DNA from: Tubiluchus corallicola | Taxonomy: Eukaryota > Animalia > Priapulida | Reading direction: 5' to 3' | Length of the DNA: 64,000 nucleotides | NCBI GenBank assembly: GCA_030141605.1 | Contig: JAQGDQ010000114.1 | Span: 372,001-436,000, forward strand | Shown: positions 1-12,600 of the stretch, piece after piece | How positions within the stretch are numbered: position 1 is the stretch's first letter | Layout: each line of letters begins with the position of its first letter | Notes under the pieces: model-generated | Databases searched by the model: none | Told to the model about the DNA's origin: nothing | Seen by the model: only the letters and a program-made list of their open reading frames with translations | Position numbers and translations under genes: made by a program

Positions 1-2098
1 ATAAATTCTCTGTAACGACTGAAATTTAAATTTGTTGAATTTTTCATTACAGGCAATCGATAGGGGCTCATCTTCACTGATATTGGGCATCTTCTTAGAT
101 AACAGTTGTCTCCGCTTTTTCAAAATTAATTCTTTTAAAAGAGGCATATCTGCTTCTATGTAACACAACTCGTTTCGTGAAGAATATTTTATTTCCAGTA
201 GCGCTTTCACAACTTTATTGTATCAAACAGCGAGTGCTTTAAAGTATGACGTTAACCAAGTTTCTGCAGCGTAAACCAGCGCACTTGTAATGCAAGTATC
301 TGCTAGAGTTTTCTTCGGCGTAAATGGCATATTATATTTATAGTTGATGAACGATATAAATTTCAGCAGGTGTTTTGTTTTATCATGAACATGTTCTCGC
401 ATAACAGACCACACATCTCCATCGTCTGTTATTGGTGAGCCTGAGCACCAGTACGTTTTCGTATAGTTAATCTTGAGATTTCCAAAGTGAAATTTGTAGT
501 GTCTTCGGGGAATTATTAACAACAATAAATTGTCTTGTCTTTGTTTACCACCATTCCGTAATCCTTACAAAACTCGAGTAGTAATTCAAATTTTGTAGCA
601 CATGCTTGTTTACTGGCAGAAAGTATAGCAGTGTTGTCCATCAGTAAAAGTGTGTGAAGATTTCCAAGGAAGCCGTCAATAATCTTACATCCCATGAAGT
701 CTAGATAAAACACAAAGAGCAAACAACTCATTGGCGCTCCCTGCTTCACACCAATTGATGCATCAATTATGATAGTTCGTAATGATAAACGTGTGCACTT
801 ACACATTTCTCTAATCGCTATCAAAAATCTTCAAGCACACCCAGCGTTTTTCAGTAAGTAGATCAGCTTATTCCGGGATACCTTATCGTAGGCTTGTTTA
901 AAATCAACAAATTATATCTAAAATTTTCTCCTTTCACTTTCGCATATTCGATTAATAAGCGTATTGCTAGTATCTACTCCAAGCAGCCTCTGTTGTTTTG
1001 TTCTCCTGTCTGTTGGGCACGAGGTTTATACCATAGGCTAAACCGCAATGCCATTATTGTCTCATAACTGTTTGCTTAACCTGTCCAAAACGACAATCCC
1101 TCTGTAATTGCTGCACATCCTTTCTTAAAAATTGCCTCTAGTTAGAGATGCACCATTGGGCAGGGTATTTACCATACCAACATATTTTATTGAATAAATC
1201 CAAAATCACCACTCTCCAATGAGATGAAGTTAAAAAGACTGTCGTTCCAGCCAGTTGCAGTCCAGAGACTTAGAGTCTTTGTTAACAATTAACTACCTCC
1301 AGTAATTAACCTGATTGTTCCAGTCATTCGCTGCATGGCTAGCAGTAGTATATAGCAGTAGACATGACTATATATATCTAATATACCATCAACACAATAA
1401 GCTAAATCAATGAAATTCGTGTAATCACTTATATAATGATCAGGGAGACAACCATAAAAGTTTTTGTTACCAATATTACAGGATTTTAGCGCCTCCTAAC
1501 TGTATTTCCAACATACGACATTCCTGAAGCAGAGGCTTCTTCTGAAATAGCTTGCACATCTATGCCTGTTATGTGATTAGCATTCAACAAAACCGGTGCA
1601 TGATCAGAGTGACAGACATTACTGGCAGGCCTTTTTAAGAATGAATGTAACACGAACGAAGCAGTTTTCTACACATAGTACATAAACTATTTCCGAGATA
1701 TATCGACCAAGCCGTCTAGGCGTCAAACCAGTTTTAAATAAGTGTCAATTTACAAACAGGTTGTTCACAATACACAGATCATTATCTCCACAAATGTCGC
1801 TTAACATGCTTCCTGACATATTACAAGTGGTATCCTCGCTAGCAGTGTAATGTACATTATTTAAATCATCAGTATAGACAAAGGATGGTAATTCCCAATG
1901 CGCGCATTCATATCCCCTCCTAAAATAATCTGTTTTCCTGTACGTATGCCGAAATTTTTCCTGTATTCTAGCAAACAATATAACTCTATCATCATAAAAC
2001 ATTGAGTCAACTGGCGGTACATAAACAAAAATAAAAACAATATTTGGAAACCAATTAAACTCTACTAAAATGGAATCATCATTTTCACACGAAGAGTA

Positions 2099-2637
2099 TG
2101 GTTGGTTGGCATCCTTCTGTCTCGGAAGACAATGGAGTGTGCGCCAAGAGAGTCAGTTATTGATCACATTGATGGAGCTGCAGCGTCGACTGTGGCTGAG
2201 CAGTGCGATCCTTGAACGTCTCCAGGGCGCACGCCTGGGCAAGGTGTATGGAGTTCCTGAGTTGCCTAGACAACAGTAACCCCCTCTCTTCCTCGCTGGT
2301 GTAGTCCAAAGGAAAGCGGAGCGATACGTTTGGCACCAGGTTGGCTGCAGGAGCTGCCGGAGTCAGTGAGCATGCTGCACTGGTCCGCCTCCGGGGCTCC
2401 ACTCCTGATTTGGAAGGCTTACTCCTCTACACATGGCCGTTGGGTCACTTGACCTCCTCCGCCCTCTAGCCGTTGGCTGCTTGTGCAGCTCCTCCGCCTA
2501 GTGTCGAGATACAGTGTGGGCGTCCCGAAAGCCTACAGCACCTGGTATTCCTAGGCGGTCACCCATCCAAGTACTAACCAGGCTCTACTTTGCTTAACTT
2601 CGGTGATCAGACGAGAACCGGTGATTTGGCCGTAGTC
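2099..2637 (-). mobile_element. 5S rRNA-headed SINE (SINE3-type) with RTE-like body and tail, nested in the LINE endonuclease domain
   Basis: 5S head 2528-2637; GC-rich body 2132-2527; terminal stem-loop TGTCT/AGACA 2118-2131; (ACCA)n tail 2099-2109; target-site duplication acacgaagagta (2087-2098) vs acaagaagaata (2638-2649), 10/12 identical. Removing the insert and one duplicate restores the APE frame (...YCKYSSC-ENDDSILVEFNWFPNIVFIFVYVPP...). Confidence 0.85.
2528..2637 (-). pseudogene. 5S rRNA-derived sequence (SINE head, not a functional rRNA gene)
   Basis: Minus strand reads GACTACGGCCAAATCACCGGTTCTCGTCTGATCACCGAAGTTAAGCAAAGTAGAGCCTGGTTAGTACTTGGATGGGTGACCGCCTAGGAATACCAGGTGCTGTAGGCTTT. 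It is colinear with animal 5S rRNA but 110 nt long, with about 10-11 nt missing after GGCCA. Box A and box C regions are retained; it ends in only three T, so there is no T4 terminator. Confidence 0.92.
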
Positions 2638-3899
2638 ACAAGAAGAATACTTGCAATAAGTAGCTAAAACATTTCTTACAAAAAGGCATACCCCTCTTCT
2701 TCTTGCATGTGGAGTATCACTTCTATAACTCAAATAGCCAGGTAAGTGTAAATCATTATTACATTTTAGTTCACTCACAAAAATAATATCATACTTTACT
2801 AGCTTATCTTGTTAAGTCATGCCATGCAGTTGATTTTTCGGACCGCCAATGTACCATGTAAACACTGATAGAAAATCAGCCGTTTGTCAATCACGAAGAA
2901 ACATTAATTTCTGAGAGGGTTTAAATTCGTCGACGACCGTACAATTTTCTGTCTTTTCTTTTCACTTCTGTTCCTACATTCTGGATGCTATATAATCTCG
3001 CCCATTCCTTTGTTTAAGAAAATCTTCTTAGTAATAACATTGTCTTTCAGTCTTTTGCTCTGATTTAAAGTTTTCCGGCACACACATGCTTTCTCGAAGA
3101 CTAGCAGTTTAGGACGCGGCCTTCCAGCATTTATCTTTCCGGTTCGCCTAGTTTGCTAATTTGAAACTACCATCCTCGGAATCATCATCATAGCCACACA
3201 CCTGAAGAATAAATTTCACCTAGTTATCTGTTGTACACCCTGCTAATGACTCATTCTCACTTATTTGCGCGATGAAATTTCTCTCTCATTCCTTTGCATC
3301 CATTCGATTCATAAAACGCTGTTGCTCGTTCAGAATCTCACTGTGCTTATCAATAGTCTTGATAGTTTCACCCAAACGCTGTTCTAATTCTGCATTCTCC
3401 GCTTGCAAATCTGATATTATGTTTGGTCTCGCCCCCATACACGCTATGATTTCATTTTTCATAGCAATCATCAGATCCAGAATATTCCCCATTGTGATTC
3501 TGTCTTCGTCTCTCGTCCCATTGTCGTCGTTCAGCGCATTACGCACCACTTTTGCTGCTTCTACCATTTTATTCTTTGTCATTTTGCTGAACTCGGACAC
3601 CAATATGTTTTTATATAGCCAACATTTAAGCCATCCGACTCGTCTGAATTGTTTATGGCACTATTATCATTTGACATAATTGGCTTATTTCTCGGAGGTT
3701 ACGAGAAGCTGTAAAGTTTTTCATAAATAACGTTCGTCTCCGTATTTCTCAACTTTTAGGATAGTATATACAGCACCGCTAATTTGTATCTCAATTAGAT
3801 AATTTACTGTACTATCGGGAGCTACGCAAACATGTGTCCGTCTCACCGGCTACCGGCTCTTACAAGTTTAGATAAAGTTTACATAAAGTTCAGGCAGAT

Positions 3900-4860
3900 G
3901 ATCGAAGGAGTCACTTCTAATACAAAGCGGCATTAGCCGGGATTAAACAATTCTATGAGTTTTGAAGCTAGTTTTGAATTCCAAAGATTAGAAATAAAAT
4001 GTATGTGTTATAGTTTTTTTGTATTTTTGCCAAAATATTTTTTGTGTGTATTTTGAACAGTGATACACTGATGGCCTGCTGTGCTGAAACTTTCAGCAGA
4101 CAAGTAGCAGCGCAACACCTGACAGAGCGACAGTGCTCTAATGTATTTAAAGGCCTAACTTCATAATTTTTCCTTTGGCTGTAGATTAAACTAGTTATAA
4201 GATGCCCGATTTCGTGTGAAGGTGAGTTTGCAGTGGTCAATAAAATTGAACAGGAAGGATCTGTTCCTTGAGCAACGCTAATAATTTATATTATATGCAA
4301 ACGATTTAGGGTAGGTTCTTAATGTCATTACAACTCTTGATAATGCAGCATGGGTATGAAATGGTTGTGGAACTATTTTCGGTCTATCTAAAAGCTATGC
4401 CATCTCACCTGTCACTTTACTAGATTCTTTTAAGGGGCTGTTTAGCCAGTTTAGGAAGTAGCAACATTAAACTCCAATAGGGCTCCAAAAAACGAACATC
4501 CATTAGTATTTTAGCACTGGGAGGGGGAGACTCGCACTTGTAACACTCCGCACCCACCCACCTAATGTACTCGGCTATACTCTTACTGTTTTCACGCGAA
4601 GTCGGGAACTCTTTAGATGTAGAAGGGTGCACGTTTCCGTATAAAGAGATTGTTAATATGATCCAGCTAGTCTGTAAACCCAAACCTATAAGCAATTTAT
4701 TTCCCAACATTCAAGTGCCCTTGTCCACATCGATTAAATTCTCGAGAATGCTGATCAAATTTACTCAGCTTAGCTGGCCTGTTATAATTATGGCATGCTG
4801 CTACAACATGGTGCTACCGAGTCACGCTACGTTTCCATGTGTGACACCTTTTGGCGTCTT
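3900..4860 (-). mobile_element. Highly decayed, internally deleted second LINE remnant (CR1/L2-like)
   Basis: Eroded motifs in the expected order on the minus strand: GNKLLIGL-VYR (APE, ~4665-4705, with frameshift), SVAQGTDP (resembles GVPQGS, ~4255-4282), FIDHCKL (resembles FADDxKL, ~4225-4245). Confidence 0.4.
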
Positions 4861-5309
4861 TTCTACTTCAACAATGTATTGAGTTATGTTTTATTCATTG
4901 TCAGAACAGCACAATTTTAGATGGTACAGATGAGACAGATGTTTGCAGAAATCGTTGAATAAGAGACTTACTAACTATGGACCAAGTTCTTGGCACCCAC
5001 TCCTTGAGTTACGGTTGTGACTTTGACCTTTGACTAAAGAGTTTCAACGCGTATAGCTCATAATATAATAGCGTTTTCACAAAATTTTGTTGTGATTTTA
5101 GCCTTTGATTTTTCAGAATCATAGCACTTCTACTACTGTAGTATATGAAAGACACTACGTGGAAAGTGCATGAGTTATTGATATTGGTAATGGGCAGGTA
5201 ACATTAACGGCTAGAATATAGGCTTACATGGCAATATTTTGACGTAAAGTAAAAAGTATCATACACTAATATGCAGCATATAAACACGATAAAATTTACA
5301 AGAACATAA

Positions 5310-5790
5310 ACTAGAGTCGCAATTTCAATTCAATATGTTGTAGACTAAATAGCTGTATGGGCACGAAAGTAGCAACTTCTCATTTCTGGAATCAAATGCA
5401 TATTGGCTCAATAAATCCTTGTTACGATGGTGTGATTCTGCCTTCGGAGGACCAATTTAAGGATTTAGGTGTAACATTTAGTAAACACCTAAAATGTTCA
5501 ATACACTGCAGTACATTAACATTAAAAAGCTAATTGTGTTAGCAACATCCTGTTTCCATACTTTGCCGTCCCCGATAAAAATAGTTTATTAATTGCCTCC
5601 AAAATTATGTTCGCCCCCCAGTGGAGTATTGTAGTCCAATTTGGAACCCCTATTTCCTAAAAGATATTGATTTAGTTGAAAATGTTCAGTGGCGTTTCAC
5701 TCGCAGGCTATTTGCTAAGTTTAAGCATGTCATACATACCCTGGCCGATAAACGTTTTTAAATCTTGAACCACTTGACTTTCGCAGCCTT
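5310..5790 (+). mobile_element. CR1-group LINE fragment, post-RT C-terminal region
   Basis: Translates in pieces as KDLGVTFSKHLKCSIHC, YVRPPVEYCSPIWNPYFLKDIDLVENVQWRFTRRL and LEPLDFR, matching the CR1-type motif pattern RPxLEYxxxVWxP...LExVQRR. Confidence 0.85.
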
Positions 5791-6654
5791 GGCTCTTTGT
5801 GCTTTTATCCGTAATCTTTTAATAGCCCTTTTATCTGTAAATTTGTATTCTATGCTGTATATACATTTTATCCTGCTTTTAAATTATATACTTGTAAATA
5901 TTTTTAATAAAGAGCCCCAAACAAGTCATACGTGCTAGCTGAGGGCAGCAGCGAGGAATCAAACCTCCAAACAGCTTGCCTTTCAGCAGGTACGGTGACA
6001 CAAGAAACACTTAGGTAAAGTCACAAATTAAATAAAGACCCTAAGTAATAACAGCGCTGATGACTTAAGATGTGGCATCCTTCTACACAGGGGCGACTTT
6101 TTTCTACACGAAAATGACTTCTTCATTTTGAATTTGCATTACTTTAGGGGTACAAACCAATCTTGAAAATTAAATTAGAAATCGGTGTATATGAAAATGT
6201 CCAGAATTTGAAAACTGTTTTTACTATGGTGTTCGTCTTTCTGAGTTAAAACGCCCTGAAACAATTTAATATAAGTAAATTAACACAGTTATTAATTCTC
6301 CATTTGAAAATAAAATAATACTGATGTGCTAGTAACCAACAAATAATGAAAACTTAAAGAAAAAAGTTTTCCTGGTAGTCTCCCTTTTATTTGCTGAACT
6401 GGCGCAGCATTGCCTATCTTCGGTCGCCAAGCACACAGTCACACACCGTAATGAATCAGCATAATGCGAATAGTTCCTACGTCGTTTTGAATCAAATTGC
6501 TTCTAGGCCCCAGCTTCTTGTCGTATAGAATTGAAATAACAATTATGACATTATCCATGGATTTATATTATTTGTTCAGCTGCGTCAGCATTGATCAGTA
6601 TAGATTAGCGTACAAGCAGTGTTTACCTATGTCATCTTCTCTTTCAGATCTGCC

Positions 6655-6663
6655 ATGAACTAA
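6655..6663 (+). promoter_or_regulatory. Minimal uORF (ATG AAC TAA) in the sif 5' leader
   Basis: tgccATGaacTAA lies between the acceptor ctctttcag (ends 6647) and the main ATG at 6677. Confidence 0.5.
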
Positions 6664-6676
6664 TTATTACAGTAAA

Positions 6677-9600
6677 ATGGGCAATAAGTTTAGCTGTGCA
6701 TGCACGCCATTATTGAGGCGACCCATTAAAGGAGAGTCACCTTGGCAAGCCTCGAAGAGAAGGGATGGACATTTGCTCAGGTTAGTGGTTTCGGAATGTA
6801 AATAGGTAATCGTGTGATCGGATTTTAGTATGTGTAATTGTACATGTATGAGTGGGTTTCATAGTCATGAATACAATCATTAAGTGGTCTAATAACCTTC
6901 AAATGCAGGTTAAAATGTCATTCCATTTATGCAAGAAATATGTATAAAATTGTGGAATCTGGATTGTTTTCGAATTTTTTTCATGTACATCCCTTTTATA
7001 CAGGATGATGTTTTTAACTAACTGTAACGGCCCTTAGTTAGTTGTGGTGGTGTAAAAATATTGTGATACATTTGTTGTTACAGTTATAATTCAGAATTAT
7101 TAGTTTCTTTTTATTTCCACGTTGTTTGAATTAGCTACATTGCCTGAATAAGAAATTCTTCATTGGCACGTTTTAATTATTGCTTCCATAGTTGATAATA
7201 CTTGAGACTACAATTAATGGGCCGAGACTTTATAAAAATTACTTAAGACATATAAATGTTAATGCCTGCAAGCGGCGTTTACTATACTAGCGTATGACTG
7301 CTGAAATACGGACGCTACGTTAATTTTGCTTGGCATTACCATTTAAATTATCCCACAGTCCCACATTGCCGCTTTATGCCGCCGTGATATGAAAAGCGTG
7401 GTCAGAATGCAAATTCTACGCACTGAGAATTTATCAAAAAGACGGTTCTCTGTAAATTTCACAATCTCTTTTTGAGAAAAACACAAATATAAGTCTTCTC
7501 AATTCAGTTCGCATCAAATTTTTATTCCGATTGCTCAGACGCTACCTATGAAGTACAAATACTAAAATGAAATAAAATACAATGTAATAAAAAATGACAA
7601 GATTATTTATTTCTCTGGTTAAGGCAGTTGCGTCAAGTGCTAAAGTGTTTAGGTGAAGTTTAAGTGATAATGGGCAGCTGTAACCGTGTGGTAATTTTGT
7701 CACAATTAATTTTTTGAATCACAATCACCAACAAAAAATTATTAGCTGAAACGAGTAGTTTTGTAATTTGTAGTTTGTGTACAATATTGGTTTTATTTTG
7801 TGTTTGCATTCTGTCAATCAATCGGTATTTTAACATCGCTGATCATACACTTTAATTCGCTACATCAACTCTTCATAATGCAGGCAGCGCATCGACTATT
7901 GTATGCACGTCCTATCTACATCCCATTCAGCAAATATTGATACGATTTATGAATTTTCTAATACGGCCAAACGACTTGCATTATGCGGGAGACCGATTGA
8001 AATCCAGTAATTTGCTTGCTTGCATTTTGTCGAGCAACGAGATCACCATCTGAAGATGACTTGGCTGTATTTGTTCCGTGTGAACAGTCTTGAGTTATCG
8101 ATTCGAAGCCACGACTGCTTGCAGTGGTGGCTTTGCTTATACGTATCGTATTGATTTTCCCCCGGTATAAAAGGGGCCATGCACTTCGTGTAACACTATA
8201 AACCACGCTTTGTATATCTATTATATCACGGAGTGAGACATCCGGCTGGTATAGTTGTCTGATATTGATAGGGACATCGTATAAGTGTTGTTCTGCAAGG
8301 TGCAATTTCCGTTCACGCTGTGCCACACTGCCAGTTGCTTGTCAATAGACACGTTTGTCTTCTTGCCTTTGATTTTTTTTCTAGAAATTCTTCGCGGAAT
8401 TAATTACATTTGTTCGAACTGGCTTAGAACCACTGGCTTGGAAAATCCGCTTGGCGAAATATTACAACACTTTTTTTCAATTTCTCGGCAGTGGATTGTC
8501 TACTAAAGTTATAGAGAGCATGATATAAATATTTCAGACAAAACATAAAATGTACCTTTAGAAAAGTAATTTATGAAGATTTTCTCTGATGATTATCTTC
8601 TGTTTACTGGTAACGCAGAATATGTGACCAAACAGTCCTAACAGGCAAACAGACTAATGGGCTGCAGAACAGATAGGGCTACTGGTTTAGCGATCTACTC
8701 TTGATCTGTAGTGCCATGTATGACTGTTTTATCTTATTTTTAGTTTTTAATTTAGCTTTAGTAGCATGCTAAAGTTATTCAGCGATTCATACTAAATATA
8801 AATTGCAATATTGCATATTACAAAATGGGTTTTTAGAAAATTACACGTATTCTGTCAGCTCTAGTGACCCTCCTCATATGATATGATTTCAAATATACTA
8901 GTTCTCACCAATAGTCAGGTATAGCATTGTTTTCCTTAGAAAATGTTTTATTGCGACTTTGTACTTCAGAGTGGATGTTGTTGTTGTAAACAGTTTCTTG
9001 TTTCATTTTACAGATTATGGGCTGAAGTATTTCGGGTTGTTGTAGAAGGCCAGCATTTGAAATGGGCGAGGGTTTCAGATGATCTTCTTCCTGTCAATAT
9101 AACTTGCGTTCAGGATACTCCTGACTGTATCTTCCATATAACTGCTTATAATTCACAAGTGGAAAAAGTACTGGATGTGTACCTTCTCCAGCCTGGTAAG
9201 TGCTGAGTACCTTCCTAGTAGTGTGTATATTCCACAGAATTTAAAAAGGAAATTACATAGAAGAAAGTCAAGTAAAAGGGTTGCTGAAGTCATACTGAAG
9301 GGCATTTGGACAGTTGATATTTTTTGTGTATTGCGTAGGGTTTTTGTCAATGTACTATAATAATTGTAATTGTAATACAGCTTGCATTAGCAGTACCGCT
9401 GTATAAAACTTGTAACTTTAAACTCCTATGCTGATAGTTAGGCCCAGCCATTTAAAGGTCATTTTAAAGGTGCTTTGAATAAAAAATTGAAGCACGTTCA
9501 GATACATTGCCTAAAGTTATAAAAATACACAGAGTATTTGTAGCACAATTCACTAACACAGCAAAATAAAAATTTCTTTATCTTGTCAGTAATAATATGT

Positions 9601-12600
9601 TTTTGGTAAACCAGTGTTGTTTTTGGTACACACTGGGGTGACCCAGTAACATTTCAACCCGTGAGCGTATTACCAATAGAGTAACTAGTGCTAAATTTTG
9701 AGGGTGCTAGATTTTAGGGGGCCAGTGTTAAAAAAAATTTATTGTCGAAATTGTATTTCCTGTCATATTCATATAGAGCGTGCAGTTGTGCAACCTCTTT
9801 AAATATAGATCTATGCAACTATATTTAATTAAGTATAACGGTACTAGATAATAGTACTAGTAATACACCACAGTACTGCAATTATTTTTGTATTGTGCTT
9901 CAGCTGTAAGCAGCCATAAATCCTCAATAACAATCTAACAAATTCACAGTAGACTGAATTATCAACTTCAATCATCATGTGAAGGCATCATGTGATACAT
10001 CCCTGGTTTTACCAGTTGGTGCAAACATTTTAAATTATTAAGAATTTTCTTTTCCTGTTACATAACTCATTCAAATCGCTAAGCGTAATACTAAATGATA
10101 TAGGGTATGTTTCTGTGGAAAGTTATTTGGCACATGCTTGAAATTCTCTTTTCTTTTTCTTCAAGGTCCTTGACTGTTATTTGCAGTTGTCTGTTTTTAA
10201 CACCATCTAACACCTCGGACTGCAAATCATAACTGAAACCTGGAAAAGGGAGAAACAAAATTAATTTATGATACTTATTTTTTGCTGTTAACTTTTAAAC
10301 CCTGGAGTTTGTGTTCAAATTTTTAGCAATCTAAAATTTTGAGAATTTTGGACCAAGGCTACGTTTACATTCTGACCTTGTTTTCTATTGTGAATGAAGT
10401 TTGTGTTTTTACTTTAACTGGAACCCAAAAAGCATTTCATCTAATCATTTTGCTTCCCTTTATGAAATATAATTTTTTCTCAAGACAGACTCGATCTGAG
10501 TTTCACATTGTTTTCATTAAAGTTTAATGATCGTTTAATGATTAAACCCTCAATTACTATAAATTTTACCATTCCTACATGCAGAACTGTTGATTATAAA
10601 TCCAGTTTTTCCATCAGGCTTCTTATTTGTGGAAGTCTACCAGAAACCTTTTTGTGAGAACTTAGATCAGTAACTGTTAGTTATAATTCTGCTTCTCTCA
10701 GTATATATTCATTTTTACTTTTCTCTTGTACCCCATTATTCGGAGTGCCATTTGTGTAAAAAATGGTATCTCTCTCGCTAGATATGATTTGAGAGATATA
10801 GAGACGTATAGTGCCATTGACGTATAAATTTTTTGTCAATTTTTTTATATCATCGTGAGTTAGTCAAGGAATGTGAACAGCTGGCCACCTAACCATTTAA
10901 ATGTAGAGGTGCTGTGTTCTATGTAAAAGGCTTTCTGCTCTTTGTATATGACTTCTCTTCATTAATGTTGAGTCCTCTGAGTGACTCCTCTTAGCGCTGT
11001 TTTGCGACTTATGTCAGGAATTATTATCACGGATCCTATTATCTCATAATGTAGCCTTCTCTGCTTAGAATGTTCTTATTCGAATTGTGGCACTTTCAGC
11101 TAGCAAAAGAAGATGAATTATTAAAGCTTTGTGGAAAATAAGCTTATGTCTAGAAGCAGCTATCCATTGTGGGATAAGGGCATTGGATATAACCACGCTG
11201 CCCTGTATAATCCTATTGGGTTGCTGAGGAAATGCGCTTAATTCTGAGTGCCTTGTTTTAAGCTTTTACATTAAATTTTAGTAAATTGGTAGTGTCAGCT
11301 ATTCTTATATTGCTAGTGATGACAGATTTTTAGGTTTGACCTTGTATTATTCAAAATTGCATTTGGTCAGTGGTCAGTGATTTAGTCTAGCTTCTCACTA
11401 CAGACTTGAATCCCTGTCCACATTGCTTGAGTCTGATACGTTAGCACTGGTGTAACTATACACCTCAATCGTTGAAGGAGTAAAGGGGGTTAGTTGTAAA
11501 GACGAGTACCTCCACAGTTGAAATTTATGCTCAGTAATAGACATTTCGTAATCTGACATTGACATCAAAGTAAAACACATGTATGCAAGAGTGAATGCTG
11601 AATTTAGAAGCTAAGAGTAGGTTACCTGGGCCTATTAACTGTTGCTTATAAGTCATAGATAATCTTTTTTGACCTAGTTTTTATTTTGTCATTTCTCAAA
11701 TTTTTAAAAAAAAAGCTATTGCAAAGATTGTAGAACTGGTGCATTTGCAGGCGTTTGAAATTTTACGTTTTGAAGATAGGGGCCCCTGGAGTCATTAAGG
11801 CAACTAAATTTCGCCATTGGTCGTTACTTTTCTTCATAAGAAAATGAAACTGAAACATAACTCCTGGTGGCATATATATATATATAGTATATATATAGAC
11901 ACACGATAATTAGGCCTATTTCTAACTAATTATTAATCTAACTAACTACAGTTAACAGCTGATATGTTGAGCTTTGACTTTGGATTTTTATTTGTACAAA
12001 GAACATTGCACTTGAGAAACATTAATATTTCTGGTATGATAGTATGATAACTTATGGGGCCGCATGGTAATAACATTATAAAATTCAGATACACATTTTG
12101 AGAACACTGTAAATTTTTAGCCCTCATTGAACAGTTAAGTTCTCAATCTATGAAATGGTGAACAGTCATGGAAAATCTCAACGTGGCACAAATAAAATTT
12201 AGTGCAAAATCTAAACACATTTGAGTTTCATGTCAGTATGTTTTTTAAGGTAAAGCCTTGCAAGAATTTGTGTTTCCAAGTGCTTTATTTCCATTTGAGT
12301 TCAATTCAGAATCTTTACGAATTGGACTCCAGTTTTGACTCAAATCCCTGAAAATTATAGAGGCTTTAATTACTTTAAATTCTCATGATTACAAATTGGT
12401 GATATATTAAGTGGCTTGTAAAACAAATATGTATTTCAGCCTATATGTTGAAAACTTTGCTATAATTTATTTTACGTTTTATTACTCATTGACTTTGTCT
12501 TGGCTTTCACAAGCTTTAAAATCTGCTATTTTGAATTCGCGAATTTGCATATTTGTCGTTAAATCTATCTTTACTGCTTTGCCTGTTTTAATGAGTTTGG

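Larger units (their letters stand above)
1..3858 (-). mobile_element. Degenerate two-ORF non-LTR retrotransposon (APE + RT), 5' end present, runs off the left edge; clade tentatively Proto2-like
   Basis: Minus strand order: GC-richer 5' leader (~3680-3858); coiled-coil ORF1 remnant (ATG 3677, ORF 3286-3603); APE motifs FTWYIGG, YDIIFVSELK, GVCLFVR, YVPP and SDHAPV (~1590-1612); RT motifs CSNYRGI, FVDFKQAYDKV, GVKQGAPMSCLLF, LLLMDNT (decayed catalytic motif) and SALVYAAETW. Many stops and frameshifts. The clade guess rests on my recollection of the LMDD-type motif. Confidence 0.9.

Noticed and set aside
2270-2310. HDV-like ribozyme core suggested by cttcctcgctgg
   Set aside because: It lies antisense to the SINE and I could not find the P1, P2 or P3 pairing partners.
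2070-2402. ORFs of 69 and 81 aa in the SINE body
   Set aside because: No recognisable motifs; expected by chance in GC-rich sequence.
2528-2637. Functional 5S rRNA gene
   Set aside because: Internal deletion, no T4 terminator, fused to a repeat body, flanked by a TSD and located inside a LINE.
6056-6100. Hammerhead ribozyme at CTGATGA (also ~8586, ~54153, ~61747)
   Set aside because: No stem II closed by GAAA and no matching stems I and III.
7958-8326. 122-aa antisense ORF in sif intron 1
   Set aside because: GTG start, no recognisable domain in the frames I read and no splice support; may be an unidentified repeat fragment.
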